Below are positions 39,274 to 48,202 of a stretch of DNA of 57,323 bases, in pieces. The translations under genes were made by a program, and so were the position numbers. This DNA is from a virus (lineage: Duplodnaviria > Caudoviricetes). How positions within the stretch are numbered: position 1 is the first letter of the stretch; every line of letters starts with the position of its first letter. The notes under the pieces are model-generated. The model did no database searches. It saw only the letters and a program-made list of their open reading frames with translations, and was not told where the DNA came from. The stretch is from positions 1 to 57,323 of IMG/VR virus record IMGVR_UViG_3300025084_003544. The stretch is one strand, 5' to 3'.

Positions 39274-40209
39274 TTAATTAGTATTATTATGTCTACTGTT
39301 GATGTATTTTTTACCAGATACGGCATAATAAGTTTGCTTGTGGAATTTTATGTTCGTCCTGAACTTAAAGAGATCCTTAACAGTCTTTGTGCCTAAATCT
39401 TTAGCAATCTGTACTCCTGCTGGGATTAGGATTTCAGATGGAGCAGTAGGTGTTCCAAAAAAAGCAGTGATGTGGGTGTGAGATGCCACTTTCGTATTAA
39501 ATTTCATTTGATATACAATCGCAGAAGATACGATTCCTGCTAACTTATCAATATGATCAGCCATTTTTTCAAGTGATTCATTGACGTTATCCCCCAAAAC
39601 CAAGGGTTGTATATTAGCATCATCATTGCCTGCAATCAAATCAATACCAGATACGCTTAAAATATCTTCACCATGAGATCCTTTCGTATCTGTTCCAGTA
39701 ACTAGTTTAATTCCTTCTCTACCTATTAGCCTTATGGCATCTGATTTTATTCCAATTCCAGATCTAGCAGTTGAACTTCCTACTTTTCCATTAACTAAAT
39801 CAAAATTATCATCAATATCAGTCTTTTGGCTGATATAGATCCTTGATGCGTCTAGTTTAAAGTCTGGATCTGCTTTTAAGTTTTCATTCCTAGAGTTTAC
39901 AGTTGAAGGATTGTGAGACATTCTCCCAACCACCATATCTATCGAACCAGCACCTGAATCTCCCCTCCCTCCATAACCTGAGAGAATTGAGCCGGGACGA
40001 TCTTTGCCAACCACAACATATGCATTAGTTCCATTTTCTATTATTTTCTCTGCTTTAGTTTGTGTGAATTGAGGTATAGGTTCAGAAACTCTAGATCCTG
40101 CGATACCTTTTCCAAGTACATCATTGATATAGTCTGGTGATGATAGGATATTTTCTTTGAGTTCTTTCTTAAGGTTTTCTATGTTTAGTGCTTTCTTGAA
40201 TCTAGGCAT
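39274..40209 (-). CDS. Putative baseplate central spike protein (gp5 C-terminal / gpV-like)
   Basis: Beta-rich repeats (IGIKSDAIRLIGREGIKLVT) and an apex-type H-x-H motif (SHTH...GTPTAP); directly follows the gp5 OB-fold/lysin gene. Confidence 0.7.
   Translation of the reverse strand: MPRFKKALNIENLKKELKENILSSPDYINDVLGKGIAGSRVSEPIPQFTQTKAEKIIENGTNAYVVVGKDRPGSILSGYGGRGDSGAGSIDMVVGRMSHNPSTVNSRNENLKADPDFKLDASRIYISQKTDIDDNFDLVNGKVGSSTARSGIGIKSDAIRLIGREGIKLVTGTDTKGSHGEDILSVSGIDLIAGNDDANIQPLVLGDNVNESLEKMADHIDKLAGIVSSAIVYQMKFNTKVASHTHITAFFGTPTAPSEILIPAGVQIAKDLGTKTVKDLFKFRTNIKFHKQTYYAVSGKKYINSRHNNTN
39275..39282 (-). promoter_or_regulatory. ACTAATTA motif (putative late promoter)
   Basis: Overlaps the last codons and stop of the spike gene, 12 nt upstream of the ATG at 39262. 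Confidence 0.55.
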
Positions 40210-40226
40210 TTCTTCACTCCGAGTAT

Positions 40227-40234
40227 TAATTAGT
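40227..40234 (-). promoter_or_regulatory. ACTAATTA motif (putative late promoter)
   Basis: Intergenic, 17 nt upstream of the ATG at 40209. Confidence 0.7.
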
Positions 40235-40237
40235 TTC

Positions 40238-42526
40238 TTATAAGATTGTTATGTGAACATGTTGTTGATATGCTTCAACAATTGGCTTGCCACCTGCTTC
40301 AATTGCAGACTCGACAATTGCTCTGATAAACCTAGAGTTATTCATTTGAGTCTCAGAGGCGCCATCATATGGCTGCCCTTCTGCTTTTAAATGACTCCAA
40401 GTATGGATGTCAACACCTGATCCGTAGTTATGCCCTCTTTTCCCATTTTTTGCTCCTTTGTCGATATTCGCCTGAACGGATGCCACTGCTCGTGCATTTG
40501 CTGATGCATCTCCTGCTTTGTGCTTTTTCCATTCGGCAACTACATCTTTAACCCATTGACGGCTGGATCCATAAAGACTCCAAACTCCATTCTCACCTAG
40601 TTTGTCCATCTTGTCCCACATCAAATAAACCTGTTTGGAGGCAGTTCTTAAAGTGGATGTTACTCTGATCTTCTTGAACGCACTTCCGGTATTAATAGGA
40701 TCATTCAATGGGATTCGTCTGTAATACGCAGAAGTAAACCTGTCCATGAATTGCAAAATAACATTAGTCACTCCTTTGTCACCATCTGTTGTCCAGCCGA
40801 GTTGTTGATGATTTTCAATTTCTGAGAATCTCCTTGTCGGAGGTAGTACAAGTTCTCCGTTTCCGACAGGATTTGGTAACCCACCCATACCGGGATTAGG
40901 TGCACATTGTAGCCCCGGAGAGGCATTGTTTTCAACTGGTGGCGTCTCGGTAGGCTCGGCAGTGCCCTCTACTCCTAATGTAGGAGTGTTATCAACTGGA
41001 GTCTCTGCTGCTGGAGCCTGAGTTGGAGATTCAACAGTACTTCTAACTTCTGCTTTTGATTTCTTTTCAACTGTTACTTTACTACTTAGGAAGTTTTGCT
41101 TTTGAGACTCTTTGATTCCTATTGATTCTTTTACAACAAGCAAGACTTCTTTTTCCAGCCGACTATAGCCGTCAATCAAAGTCTCCAAAGCAAAAGCATA
41201 TTTTAATTCTTCTTGAAGTATAAGTTCGCTCCTTTCGCCAAACAAGCATGGATCATTTAGAGTTTTTAGAAAATTAATTCCCCCTAAATTAAACGAACTC
41301 AATCTTTTACTAGCAAAGTCAGAAGAAGAAATTTCTGAGAAAGGTGTACCTAACTTTTTAATTTCATTATTATAATCATAATGATTTGCACTAGCAAAAA
41401 CTTTGTAAGAATATTCTAGTTCTGCTGCCTGAGCATGCTCTGTTTCGTGATTAATATACCCATATTGTTTTAGCCCTCTGCTGAATGTCAACTGAAGACA
41501 GTTGGCGTCAACTTCATTAGCCTCTTGTAAAGTCTCTGTAGTATAGTGGTTTATGAAATAATCTGGTTCAACCTCTCTAATGGTGGAGCCCAATAATTTT
41601 AAGTTTTCTACAAATTGGGGAAAATCCTGTCTTATTAATAATCCAGTCTTGACTCCTCTTGACTTGAGTTCCATCATGATTTTCTTAAGCCTATCGGTGT
41701 CTCTCACCCTTCTTTCTCCTTTCGCCAATGTGAAGCATATGTTATATACGCCTTTTCTGAGAAGTGTGTCAAAAGTGAGGCTTACGTCAGAAAACTCAGG
41801 CATCGTGTCAAACTCATTGATCGAAACTAAATAAAATGCCTTGTAAACTATATCAGAAGTATTTGGCTCTTTTTCATATGCTATTCCATCAGAAAAAGAT
41901 TCATCAGCAGGATCAGTGCTCAGTTCTTGCTCCTCAGAAGCCTCAGGAGCCTCTTGAGCGTCTCCTTCAGGTTGAGCAAGGTTAAGAGTAGGGGCTCCAG
42001 AAGCAAACGAGTCAGCAGTCCTACAGACGCCCCCTCCTGCAGGTGGACTACTACTGTTAACGGTGGCTGATACAGATGCGCCAGAAAAATTATTCTTATC
42101 TTGAAAATCAATTACAACAATATCTCCAACTTCTGGTATTGCTTTATCCTTTGTCATGATTGCTTTTGGGTGTCTATTGATTGCCTTCCAATCTTCACCA
42201 TTTTCTGGCTCAGGTAAATGAGCATGCAGTTCTGGTACTCTAAACCTGATTTCAATATAATCTGGTAATACACCTTTGTCTTCTTTAAGATACGACATCA
42301 ATGGATTTCTCCAAAGCATGTTATCTACGGGAGTGTCTATAACTTCCAACACTATAGCATTCATGGCACCGACAGACTCAAATGCATCTGCCGTATGCTT
42401 ATCACGAACATTCTTTTTTAATTCATGAAATATAGATTGCCCAGAATCATCCGAGAAAGTCCTCTTCGCTTTCTTGTTTGATATCTGATTAAGTCTATTT
42501 GGAGGTGGTATAAATCTTGACGCCAT
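40238..42526 (-). CDS. gp5-like hub protein: N-terminal OB-fold plus C-terminal M15/Hedgehog-fold peptidoglycan peptidase
   Basis: IRFRVPEL...IPEVGDIVVIDF is typical of the gp5/VgrG OB-fold. The C-terminal RVTSTLRT...GHNYGSGVDI...HVHI carries the zinc-ligand pattern of M15 peptidases. Confidence 0.72.
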   Translation of the reverse strand: MASRFIPPPNRLNQISNKKAKRTFSDDSGQSIFHELKKNVRDKHTADAFESVGAMNAIVLEVIDTPVDNMLWRNPLMSYLKEDKGVLPDYIEIRFRVPELHAHLPEPENGEDWKAINRHPKAIMTKDKAIPEVGDIVVIDFQDKNNFSGASVSATVNSSSPPAGGGVCRTADSFASGAPTLNLAQPEGDAQEAPEASEEQELSTDPADESFSDGIAYEKEPNTSDIVYKAFYLVSINEFDTMPEFSDVSLTFDTLLRKGVYNICFTLAKGERRVRDTDRLKKIMMELKSRGVKTGLLIRQDFPQFVENLKLLGSTIREVEPDYFINHYTTETLQEANEVDANCLQLTFSRGLKQYGYINHETEHAQAAELEYSYKVFASANHYDYNNEIKKLGTPFSEISSSDFASKRLSSFNLGGINFLKTLNDPCLFGERSELILQEELKYAFALETLIDGYSRLEKEVLLVVKESIGIKESQKQNFLSSKVTVEKKSKAEVRSTVESPTQAPAAETPVDNTPTLGVEGTAEPTETPPVENNASPGLQCAPNPGMGGLPNPVGNGELVLPPTRRFSEIENHQQLGWTTDGDKGVTNVILQFMDRFTSAYYRRIPLNDPINTGSAFKKIRVTSTLRTASKQVYLMWDKMDKLGENGVWSLYGSSRQWVKDVVAEWKKHKAGDASANARAVASVQANIDKGAKNGKRGHNYGSGVDIHTWSHLKAEGQPYDGASETQMNNSRFIRAIVESAIEAGGKPIVEAYQQHVHITIL

Positions 42527-42529
42527 CCA

Positions 42530-42835
42530 TTATTTCTCCTCTTTGTCACTGTTTTGGATTATATCATAAATATTATCCTTATCATCTCCTGAGAAGTTAA
42601 AAGCGGAATCTTTCTTTTCGTCTTTCTGTACCAGTCCTGCTAATTTAACTAACTGCTCATTAGATCTTTGAAGAGTTTCTACGTATTTTGCTGCAGCAAG
42701 TGATACTTCTTTGTGACTATGTTCACTTTGCCCAGCAATTACAATAAGATCGCTCAATAACTCTTGGGTTATTTCACGATCTTTTCTTATATTAACGACT
42801 GCTTCTTCAATAAATTTATTAAGTCTCTTTGACAT
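42530..42835 (-). CDS. Hypothetical helical protein
   Basis: 101-aa ORF coupled to the sigma gene stop; coiled-coil-like (KYVETLQRSNEQLVKLA). Confidence 0.6.
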   Translation of the reverse strand: MSKRLNKFIEEAVVNIRKDREITQELLSDLIVIAGQSEHSHKEVSLAAAKYVETLQRSNEQLVKLAGLVQKDEKKDSAFNFSGDDKDNIYDIIQNSDKEEK

Positions 42836-43524
42836 TATTCTTCACCATTATCATACCTTTCTTTGAAATCAGAGTATTTTTGTCTCATCTTGGATAACTG
42901 CACAACTATTTGTTTAGTGTTCAAGCCTGTGATCTCTCTTAAGTATAAGTAAATAGCCTTTTTGTTAAATATTTCAATCTTATCAGCGTTATCTATTAAT
43001 GTATTAATTGCATCGTACACCTTTCTTTCATTCGGGCGCATCGTTATAGACTCCCAAGAAGCAATCTCTTCTTTTAAAAGTTTCATGAATTCTTCACGCT
43101 CTCTATCTTCATGATACGTATCTTCTCTTCCGGGTTCAAATCCAGCCTCGATTTGTCTCTCTAGAGAGGTTTCTCTCTGGTTTTTCTTCTTGTTTTTCTT
43201 GACTTGTGCGATAAACCAATTCTTTGTAATTACTGAAAAATAAGAAAAGGCTTTGTGCCCTTTCTCTGGCTTAAACTTGTGTAATATAGTCACAAGCATT
43301 ACTTTACAGTCTTGCTGCAATTCAGAAATATTTGGCAATGATGTAAACTTATATGTATATACAATCTTGTCAACCATTTCATCTAATGCAGGATGGATCA
43401 GTTTTTCGTAAAGTTCTGATTTCTTGCTTAATGGTGTATCTGGATTATTAAATTCAATAATCGCATTTTCATGTACCTTGGTAAAGTACATTCTTTTTGT
43501 CCTAGGCTTCCGTTTCTTCGCCAT
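42835..43524 (-). CDS. Phage RNA polymerase sigma factor-like protein
   Basis: ELQQDC...LHKFKPEKGHKAFSYFSVITKNWF matches sigma region 2 as in T4 gp55 (F-x-P-E-K..F-x-Y-F). The C-terminus is HTH-like (LREITGLNTKQI). The ATG at 43524 has an AGGAGG RBS and is preferred over 43557. Confidence 0.78.
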   Translation of the reverse strand: MAKKRKPRTKRMYFTKVHENAIIEFNNPDTPLSKKSELYEKLIHPALDEMVDKIVYTYKFTSLPNISELQQDCKVMLVTILHKFKPEKGHKAFSYFSVITKNWFIAQVKKNKKKNQRETSLERQIEAGFEPGREDTYHEDREREEFMKLLKEEIASWESITMRPNERKVYDAINTLIDNADKIEIFNKKAIYLYLREITGLNTKQIVVQLSKMRQKYSDFKERYDNGEE

Positions 43525-43813
43525 CTGTATCCTCCTGTAGATCGTCTTCGAACACAACCATAACTTGAGAATAGTTTTCTATTTCTCCTGCTAGTCTTTT
43601 CATGTGCTCAACTAAGGATGTGATGGTTGGATCTCCGTAAAAGGATTCGACTTTGTTTATAGCCCTTAGATGAGTGGCAAATTCAAGCAATTTAGATCTC
43701 ATTTCCATAAAATCATCTTCCATGGAGATCAAATTTCTCAAAAGTTTATAAATATACCACCCCAAAAAACCATTAACAAGAATTGAAATTGTCAATATAA
43801 AATATAAAATCAT
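43502..43813 (-). CDS. Small single-pass membrane protein with coiled coil
   Basis: N-terminal hydrophobic stretch ILYFILTISILVNGFLGWYI. Confidence 0.7.
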   Translation of the reverse strand: MILYFILTISILVNGFLGWYIYKLLRNLISMEDDFMEMRSKLLEFATHLRAINKVESFYGDPTITSLVEHMKRLAGEIENYSQVMVVFEDDLQEDTDGEETEA

Positions 43814-44061
43814 AATTTAAAACTCCTATCAATGTTCTTCTTGTATTCCTTTACTTCTTTTCTTGTTTCTTCGATTGTTTGATTTACTACATCGCCAACT
43901 CTTTGCCTAGGAGTATTGATGGTAACTTCGCCCAAAAGAGCAGGAATACGCACAACAGAAGGAGCATCACAAACATTACAATTCGTGTGCTCCTCAGTCA
44001 TTCCATGCCAAATTTCGTACTCGCTCTCACAAGCGTCACAGCGGTATGAATACTTTGGCAT
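43810..44061 (-). CDS. FmdB-family zinc-ribbon protein
   Basis: MPKYSYRCDAC...CNVC signature. Confidence 0.85.
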   Translation of the reverse strand: MPKYSYRCDACESEYEIWHGMTEEHTNCNVCDAPSVVRIPALLGEVTINTPRQRVGDVVNQTIEETRKEVKEYKKNIDRSFKL

Positions 44062-44285
44062 TATTGTACACTCGTTTCTACGAACTCACCAGAAGTTTCT
44101 TGAGTATTAGCCCTTAAAACAGGTGGGTTGATCACGATCAATCCTTCAGTTGGGTGTACAGTCAACTTAAGATTCTTTAAAATTGGAACAATATCAGTTT
44201 GATTCAGAAGGCTATTTTGCAAAGCCATCATAATTGCCCCTAATGCTTGATCAGATAAATGTGTAGTTTGAACTTCGGTGTTCAT
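44061..44285 (-). CDS. Hypothetical protein
   Basis: 74-aa ORF with an AAGGAG RBS; first gene downstream of promoter copy 2. Confidence 0.65.
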   Translation of the reverse strand: MNTEVQTTHLSDQALGAIMMALQNSLLNQTDIVPILKNLKLTVHPTEGLIVINPPVLRANTQETSGEFVETSVQ

Positions 44286-44306
44286 GTTTTTCTCCTTGTT
44301 TAATTA

Positions 44307-44762
44307 TTATACGTTTGAGATACTAGTTTTATTCAAAAATTTATTAACATAATCTGTGCATATGAAATCATACTTTGAATATTCTATTTCTGGGTGTCTT
44401 TCTGGAAATAACAAAACGGTATTGTTTCCGCTCGTTTCCTTACTAGGGTAAGCCCAAATATATCCTCTAGAAGTTATAGTATAATCGTCTTGTTGGTGCC
44501 AAAAACAATGCACTTCAGAAGCCAGCATTTGCTCTAGAGCGTACTTGTTTTTGGCATGGCACCAAAGCCCTTCTTGCTTGAGAAAAGACTCTTGAATTTG
44601 ATATTTGGGACTGTCATGCCCTAATAAATAATTTCCATCTATATACCAAACATCTATCTCAACATGCAATCCAGAATCCAACAATGCTTGAATCGCTACT
44701 GGATGGTTTTCGATATCTGGATCCTCTCCGTTTACGTATGCCCTGTGTGATATAATTTTCAC
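44307..44762 (-). CDS. PLC/GDPD-like phosphodiesterase-fold protein
   Basis: IISHRA...ENHP...HVEIDVW...LGHD...WCHAKN...ICTDY motifs. Confidence 0.75.
   Translation of the reverse strand: MKIISHRAYVNGEDPDIENHPVAIQALLDSGLHVEIDVWYIDGNYLLGHDSPKYQIQESFLKQEGLWCHAKNKYALEQMLASEVHCFWHQQDDYTITSRGYIWAYPSKETSGNNTVLLFPERHPEIEYSKYDFICTDYVNKFLNKTSISNV
44308..44335 (-). promoter_or_regulatory. Bipartite promoter motif, copy 2
   Basis: TGAATA-N11-TCAAACGTATA in the last codons of 44307..44762, 22 nt upstream of the ATG at 44285. Confidence 0.8.
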
Positions 44763-46222
44763 ATTGACTCCAGACTGTGTGGGCTCGTTTGATCATAATA
44801 ATTAATTATTTTAGGATTTTTTAGTTTGACTCTGACATATTCATATCCATAATATTTCATCAACGAAGCCCTGTGCAAGCCATCTGAGATTAAATAATAT
44901 CCTGTATCAGTAACTTGACAAGAAATCATGTTTTCACTATCACACATGACTGCTTGAGGATAAAATTTTTCTATCAACTCTTCATATCTTTCAACAGTAT
45001 GCCTAGGATCTGGATCTGTATTGGTATATCTGATATATTGCTCTTTATCTCCATTTAAATATCTGTATTGAACGCTGCTCTCGATCTTGATCAAATCATA
45101 TACTCCAGACTGCCCTTCTCTATAAGAAACTGCTCTAAGCAAAGCAATCGGAACTACTGCATAATGATTTAAATATTGATTTAAATTGAAAAACTCAAAT
45201 ATTTTATTTGATTCGTGAATCTCGTCACAGCCATGAATATGTAAGTGAGAGTATTTTTTTCTAACTTCATTTTTCATTTCGAAAGATTTTTGATTTAGTA
45301 CCTTTGGTGTCTTAAATTGATTAGCAGGCTTTCCTATGTTAGAATACGTTGGATTATGATCTTCATAAACAATAACCTCAAAAGGGTGAGAATAGAATAT
45401 TCTAGGATCATTAGGGTTCATTTTTATCTCGTATATTAAATTCAAGATATCATACTTTCTTTTGTGATCTCCTCCAATTTGCATCTTCTGCCTTTTCAAG
45501 ATCTTGAAGTTATTTTTCTCGATTTGCGAAAGAAATGATTCAGTTGGCTTGGGAGTCCACATAATAAAAGCCATATTCTCTTTATAAAACTTGAATACCT
45601 GTCCGGTAGAAAGGATGGTATCCATTGCGTTTCCAAGTGCAGAATTATCTGTCTTAAGCATATTAAGACATCGCTCAAATTCTTCTTTGTCATTTGTGAT
45701 ACTAGGCATTAAAAACTCTATTCTCCGAATATATTTCTCAGGGATAACGCCACCTTTATCAAAGAATGCACGATATATTAGTAGCAAAGCATCCCAAGAA
45801 GAACTAGGGATACTATAGCGGTTCTTAAACTTCACTGAAGATTTGAAAATGTCTGATTCTACTTCGTGAGATATTACAACCTTTTTTCCAAAATAGAAAA
45901 AATGGTTATACAAGTCTATCCTAAAAGAGCCATTGGGTATATCTGAACATCTTTTATGGTTGGTAAAATATGGATTATAACTACATTCAGTTTTATCTAT
46001 CGAAAATCTTTTCGAAGGTTCATCAGTTTTAAAATCCTCATTGTTGTTCAAAAAATCTAAAACTTCTGAATATTTGTGATGATCTATTACGATATCCAAA
46101 TCGGTATTTGGGAACAATGGTAGCCTATCGTATCCCCTCATTATAACATATTTGATTTCACTTTCTCTCAAAAAGTCAATAAATGACTCAAATTTTTGCC
46201 TATGAGCCTGTATGTCGCTCAT
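44759..46222 (-). CDS. Multidomain protein: nucleotidyltransferase-like, NDK-like and ParB/Srx-like
   Basis: YVIMRG...TDLDIVID (NTase D-x-D); HIHGCD...E....FEFF (like the NDK HGSD motif); ISDGLHRAS (ParB/Srx DGxHR). Confidence 0.6.
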   Translation of the reverse strand: MSDIQAHRQKFESFIDFLRESEIKYVIMRGYDRLPLFPNTDLDIVIDHHKYSEVLDFLNNNEDFKTDEPSKRFSIDKTECSYNPYFTNHKRCSDIPNGSFRIDLYNHFFYFGKKVVISHEVESDIFKSSVKFKNRYSIPSSSWDALLLIYRAFFDKGGVIPEKYIRRIEFLMPSITNDKEEFERCLNMLKTDNSALGNAMDTILSTGQVFKFYKENMAFIMWTPKPTESFLSQIEKNNFKILKRQKMQIGGDHKRKYDILNLIYEIKMNPNDPRIFYSHPFEVIVYEDHNPTYSNIGKPANQFKTPKVLNQKSFEMKNEVRKKYSHLHIHGCDEIHESNKIFEFFNLNQYLNHYAVVPIALLRAVSYREGQSGVYDLIKIESSVQYRYLNGDKEQYIRYTNTDPDPRHTVERYEELIEKFYPQAVMCDSENMISCQVTDTGYYLISDGLHRASLMKYYGYEYVRVKLKNPKIINYYDQTSPHSLESM

Positions 46223-46935
46223 TTCACACTCCTAAGGTAATTATTTAAATCTTCCGGAGTCCCAACTCCATGCATTTTATGTACAAAAAATGGAACAAGA
46301 GTTTTTCCTTGTCCGATTAGTTCGTTATATACAGGAGCAATATAGAATTCGTTTTTAACTCTTATATCTTTTTGAATCATTTGTTCGGCAGATTTAACAA
46401 AATCACTGCCTTTCCTATACCAATATATTCCACATGTGGCAATGTCTGATATTGGTTTCTTCTCTGCGACTTCTGTACAGAATCCTCTAGAATTAGTTTT
46501 CACGAAACTCCACTTAGGATGTACATCATTGAAAGTCCACACAATTGCATCAACATTTGTAAGGTTTCTCATGAGGATGAAATTCTGCGGTTCATAATCA
46601 ATAATCTGATCTGAATTTGCAATAAGCAGATCGTCATCAGAGTTAATCAAATCTTTTGCCAGTAATGCTGTACAGGCTGCTCCTTCGGTTAGTCCATCTA
46701 CCTCTACAATTTGCATCCTATCATTTGTGATTCTTGATAATGTCTCTCTCAGTCCATCATATTTTTCAAGATGACTCTTACGTACCAAAAATATATACTC
46801 GCAATCAAAATCTAGATTTTCGATTACTCTCTGTATCATGGGCTTTCCATTGACATCGATCAATGGCTTGGGGAATGTATACCCCTCCTTCGCGAATCGG
46901 CTGCCTTCACCAGCCATTGGTATTAAAACTTTCAT
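46219..46935 (-). CDS. Sugar-phosphate nucleotidyltransferase (GT-A fold, BcbE-like)
   Basis: LIPMAGEGSRF...PKPLIDV.GKPMI, TEGAACT, IANSDQ, VAEKKPIS, EFYIAPVYN, GTPEDL. Confidence 0.88.
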   Translation of the reverse strand: MKVLIPMAGEGSRFAKEGYTFPKPLIDVNGKPMIQRVIENLDFDCEYIFLVRKSHLEKYDGLRETLSRITNDRMQIVEVDGLTEGAACTALLAKDLINSDDDLLIANSDQIIDYEPQNFILMRNLTNVDAIVWTFNDVHPKWSFVKTNSRGFCTEVAEKKPISDIATCGIYWYRKGSDFVKSAEQMIQKDIRVKNEFYIAPVYNELIGQGKTLVPFFVHKMHGVGTPEDLNNYLRSVK

Positions 46936-47528
46936 AGTATTCTCCTTATATTATTTAATGTGACATCATATATGTCTGTTACTTCTAGTACTCTTGCTCC
47001 ACTAGCATATGCTGCTTTTTTTCCTTTGGGTGAGTCCTCCACAATCAAGCACTCTTCCTTACCAATTCCAAGCAAACCCATTGCTAATATATAACAATCC
47101 GGATGTGGTTTATTATTTTTCACATCCTCATTTGTGATCAAAAAATCAAACAATTCTAATTGCCCTGTTGACTTTAACATCTGAGTTGCTGTTTCTCTGA
47201 TTGAATTTGTTACGCAAACTAATTTATAGTTCTCTTCTTTCAGTTTGGTTAGCATCCTTATTTTATATTTATCGACTGAGCCGTGTATTTTAATGTTCTC
47301 CAGTGTTCTATCTTGTTTCATTCTCCATATGTCTTCTTTCTCATCCTCAGAGATCCCAAGCATATCTAACTTAACACTTGTCGGAAGTCCATTGTACTTA
47401 TCAATATGATCATCGTAAGATATTTTAAAACCCTTGTAATGCTCAAGGGCATCGTTTAAAGAGTGATAGTGCCAACCACAAGCATCCACCAAGACTCCGT
47501 CTAAATCAAAAAAAATTGCTTTAATCAT
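46932..47528 (-). CDS. HAD-superfamily phosphatase
   Basis: FDLDGVLVD, VTNS, KPHPD and IVEDSPKG motifs I-IV. Confidence 0.92.
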   Translation of the reverse strand: MIKAIFFDLDGVLVDACGWHYHSLNDALEHYKGFKISYDDHIDKYNGLPTSVKLDMLGISEDEKEDIWRMKQDRTLENIKIHGSVDKYKIRMLTKLKEENYKLVCVTNSIRETATQMLKSTGQLELFDFLITNEDVKNNKPHPDCYILAMGLLGIGKEECLIVEDSPKGKKAAYASGARVLEVTDIYDVTLNNIRRIL

Positions 47529-48202
47529 AATCCTATCCTATTCCAAAAATCTACTTTTAAATTTCTATGTTCTTTGTTGTGTTTTACATATGAATTAGGA
47601 TTAAAAATAATTTTAGAACTATTCCTAATTCTTTTGCTCCATTCCACATCTTCCATTTGGTTTGCAACTAGTTCTTCATTCAGTGGATTCTCAAGAAAAA
47701 ACTTTTTCTTGATGACAAAATACCCTCCGCTGAAATATTGATATTCAATGTTCGACTCGTCTTCATAAGGCAGTGATCTGTGAATACCAAGTGTGGGGTG
47801 ATCAAGTGTCACCCAGTCAGTATATTCTCTTCTGCCATCAGACATCAGAACTGGGTTTAGGCACAAATCACAATTTTTAAAACGCTCTTTTATCTTAAGA
47901 TATCCTTGATACCAAGTTGGGTGAAAAACAAAATAATCATGTAGCATAACAATGTTTTCATATTTTGCTAGTTTTGCCACATCATTTTTCTTTTTTGTGA
48001 TCCACCCCTTTTTGATTGTTTCATGAAAGTCTACTTTAAATAAGTCTTCGAGGTTTCCTGAGAATCTAGAACCTTGTCCGCCAATCACTATTATCTCATA
48101 GTTAGGGATATCTAAATTTCTTATTGAACGCACGATCTCCGAAATTCTTTTACATGCGTCTAATGAATTGTCCGTTATAATACAAAAACTAAAATCAATC
48201 AT
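47525..48202 (-). CDS. GT2-like glycosyltransferase
   Basis: FSFCIIT, YEIIVIG, KKN...AKYENIVMLHD, GGYFVIK, EDVEWS.R; GT-A pattern. Confidence 0.75.
   Translation of the reverse strand: MIDFSFCIITDNSLDACKRISEIVRSIRNLDIPNYEIIVIGGQGSRFSGNLEDLFKVDFHETIKKGWITKKKNDVAKLAKYENIVMLHDYFVFHPTWYQGYLKIKERFKNCDLCLNPVLMSDGRREYTDWVTLDHPTLGIHRSLPYEDESNIEYQYFSGGYFVIKKKFFLENPLNEELVANQMEDVEWSKRIRNSSKIIFNPNSYVKHNKEHRNLKVDFWNRIGL

Noticed and set aside
42950-42957. GCTATTTA, similar to the late motif
   Set aside because: It lies inside the sigma coding sequence about 115 nt from the next start and has a mismatch; it cannot be distinguished from chance.
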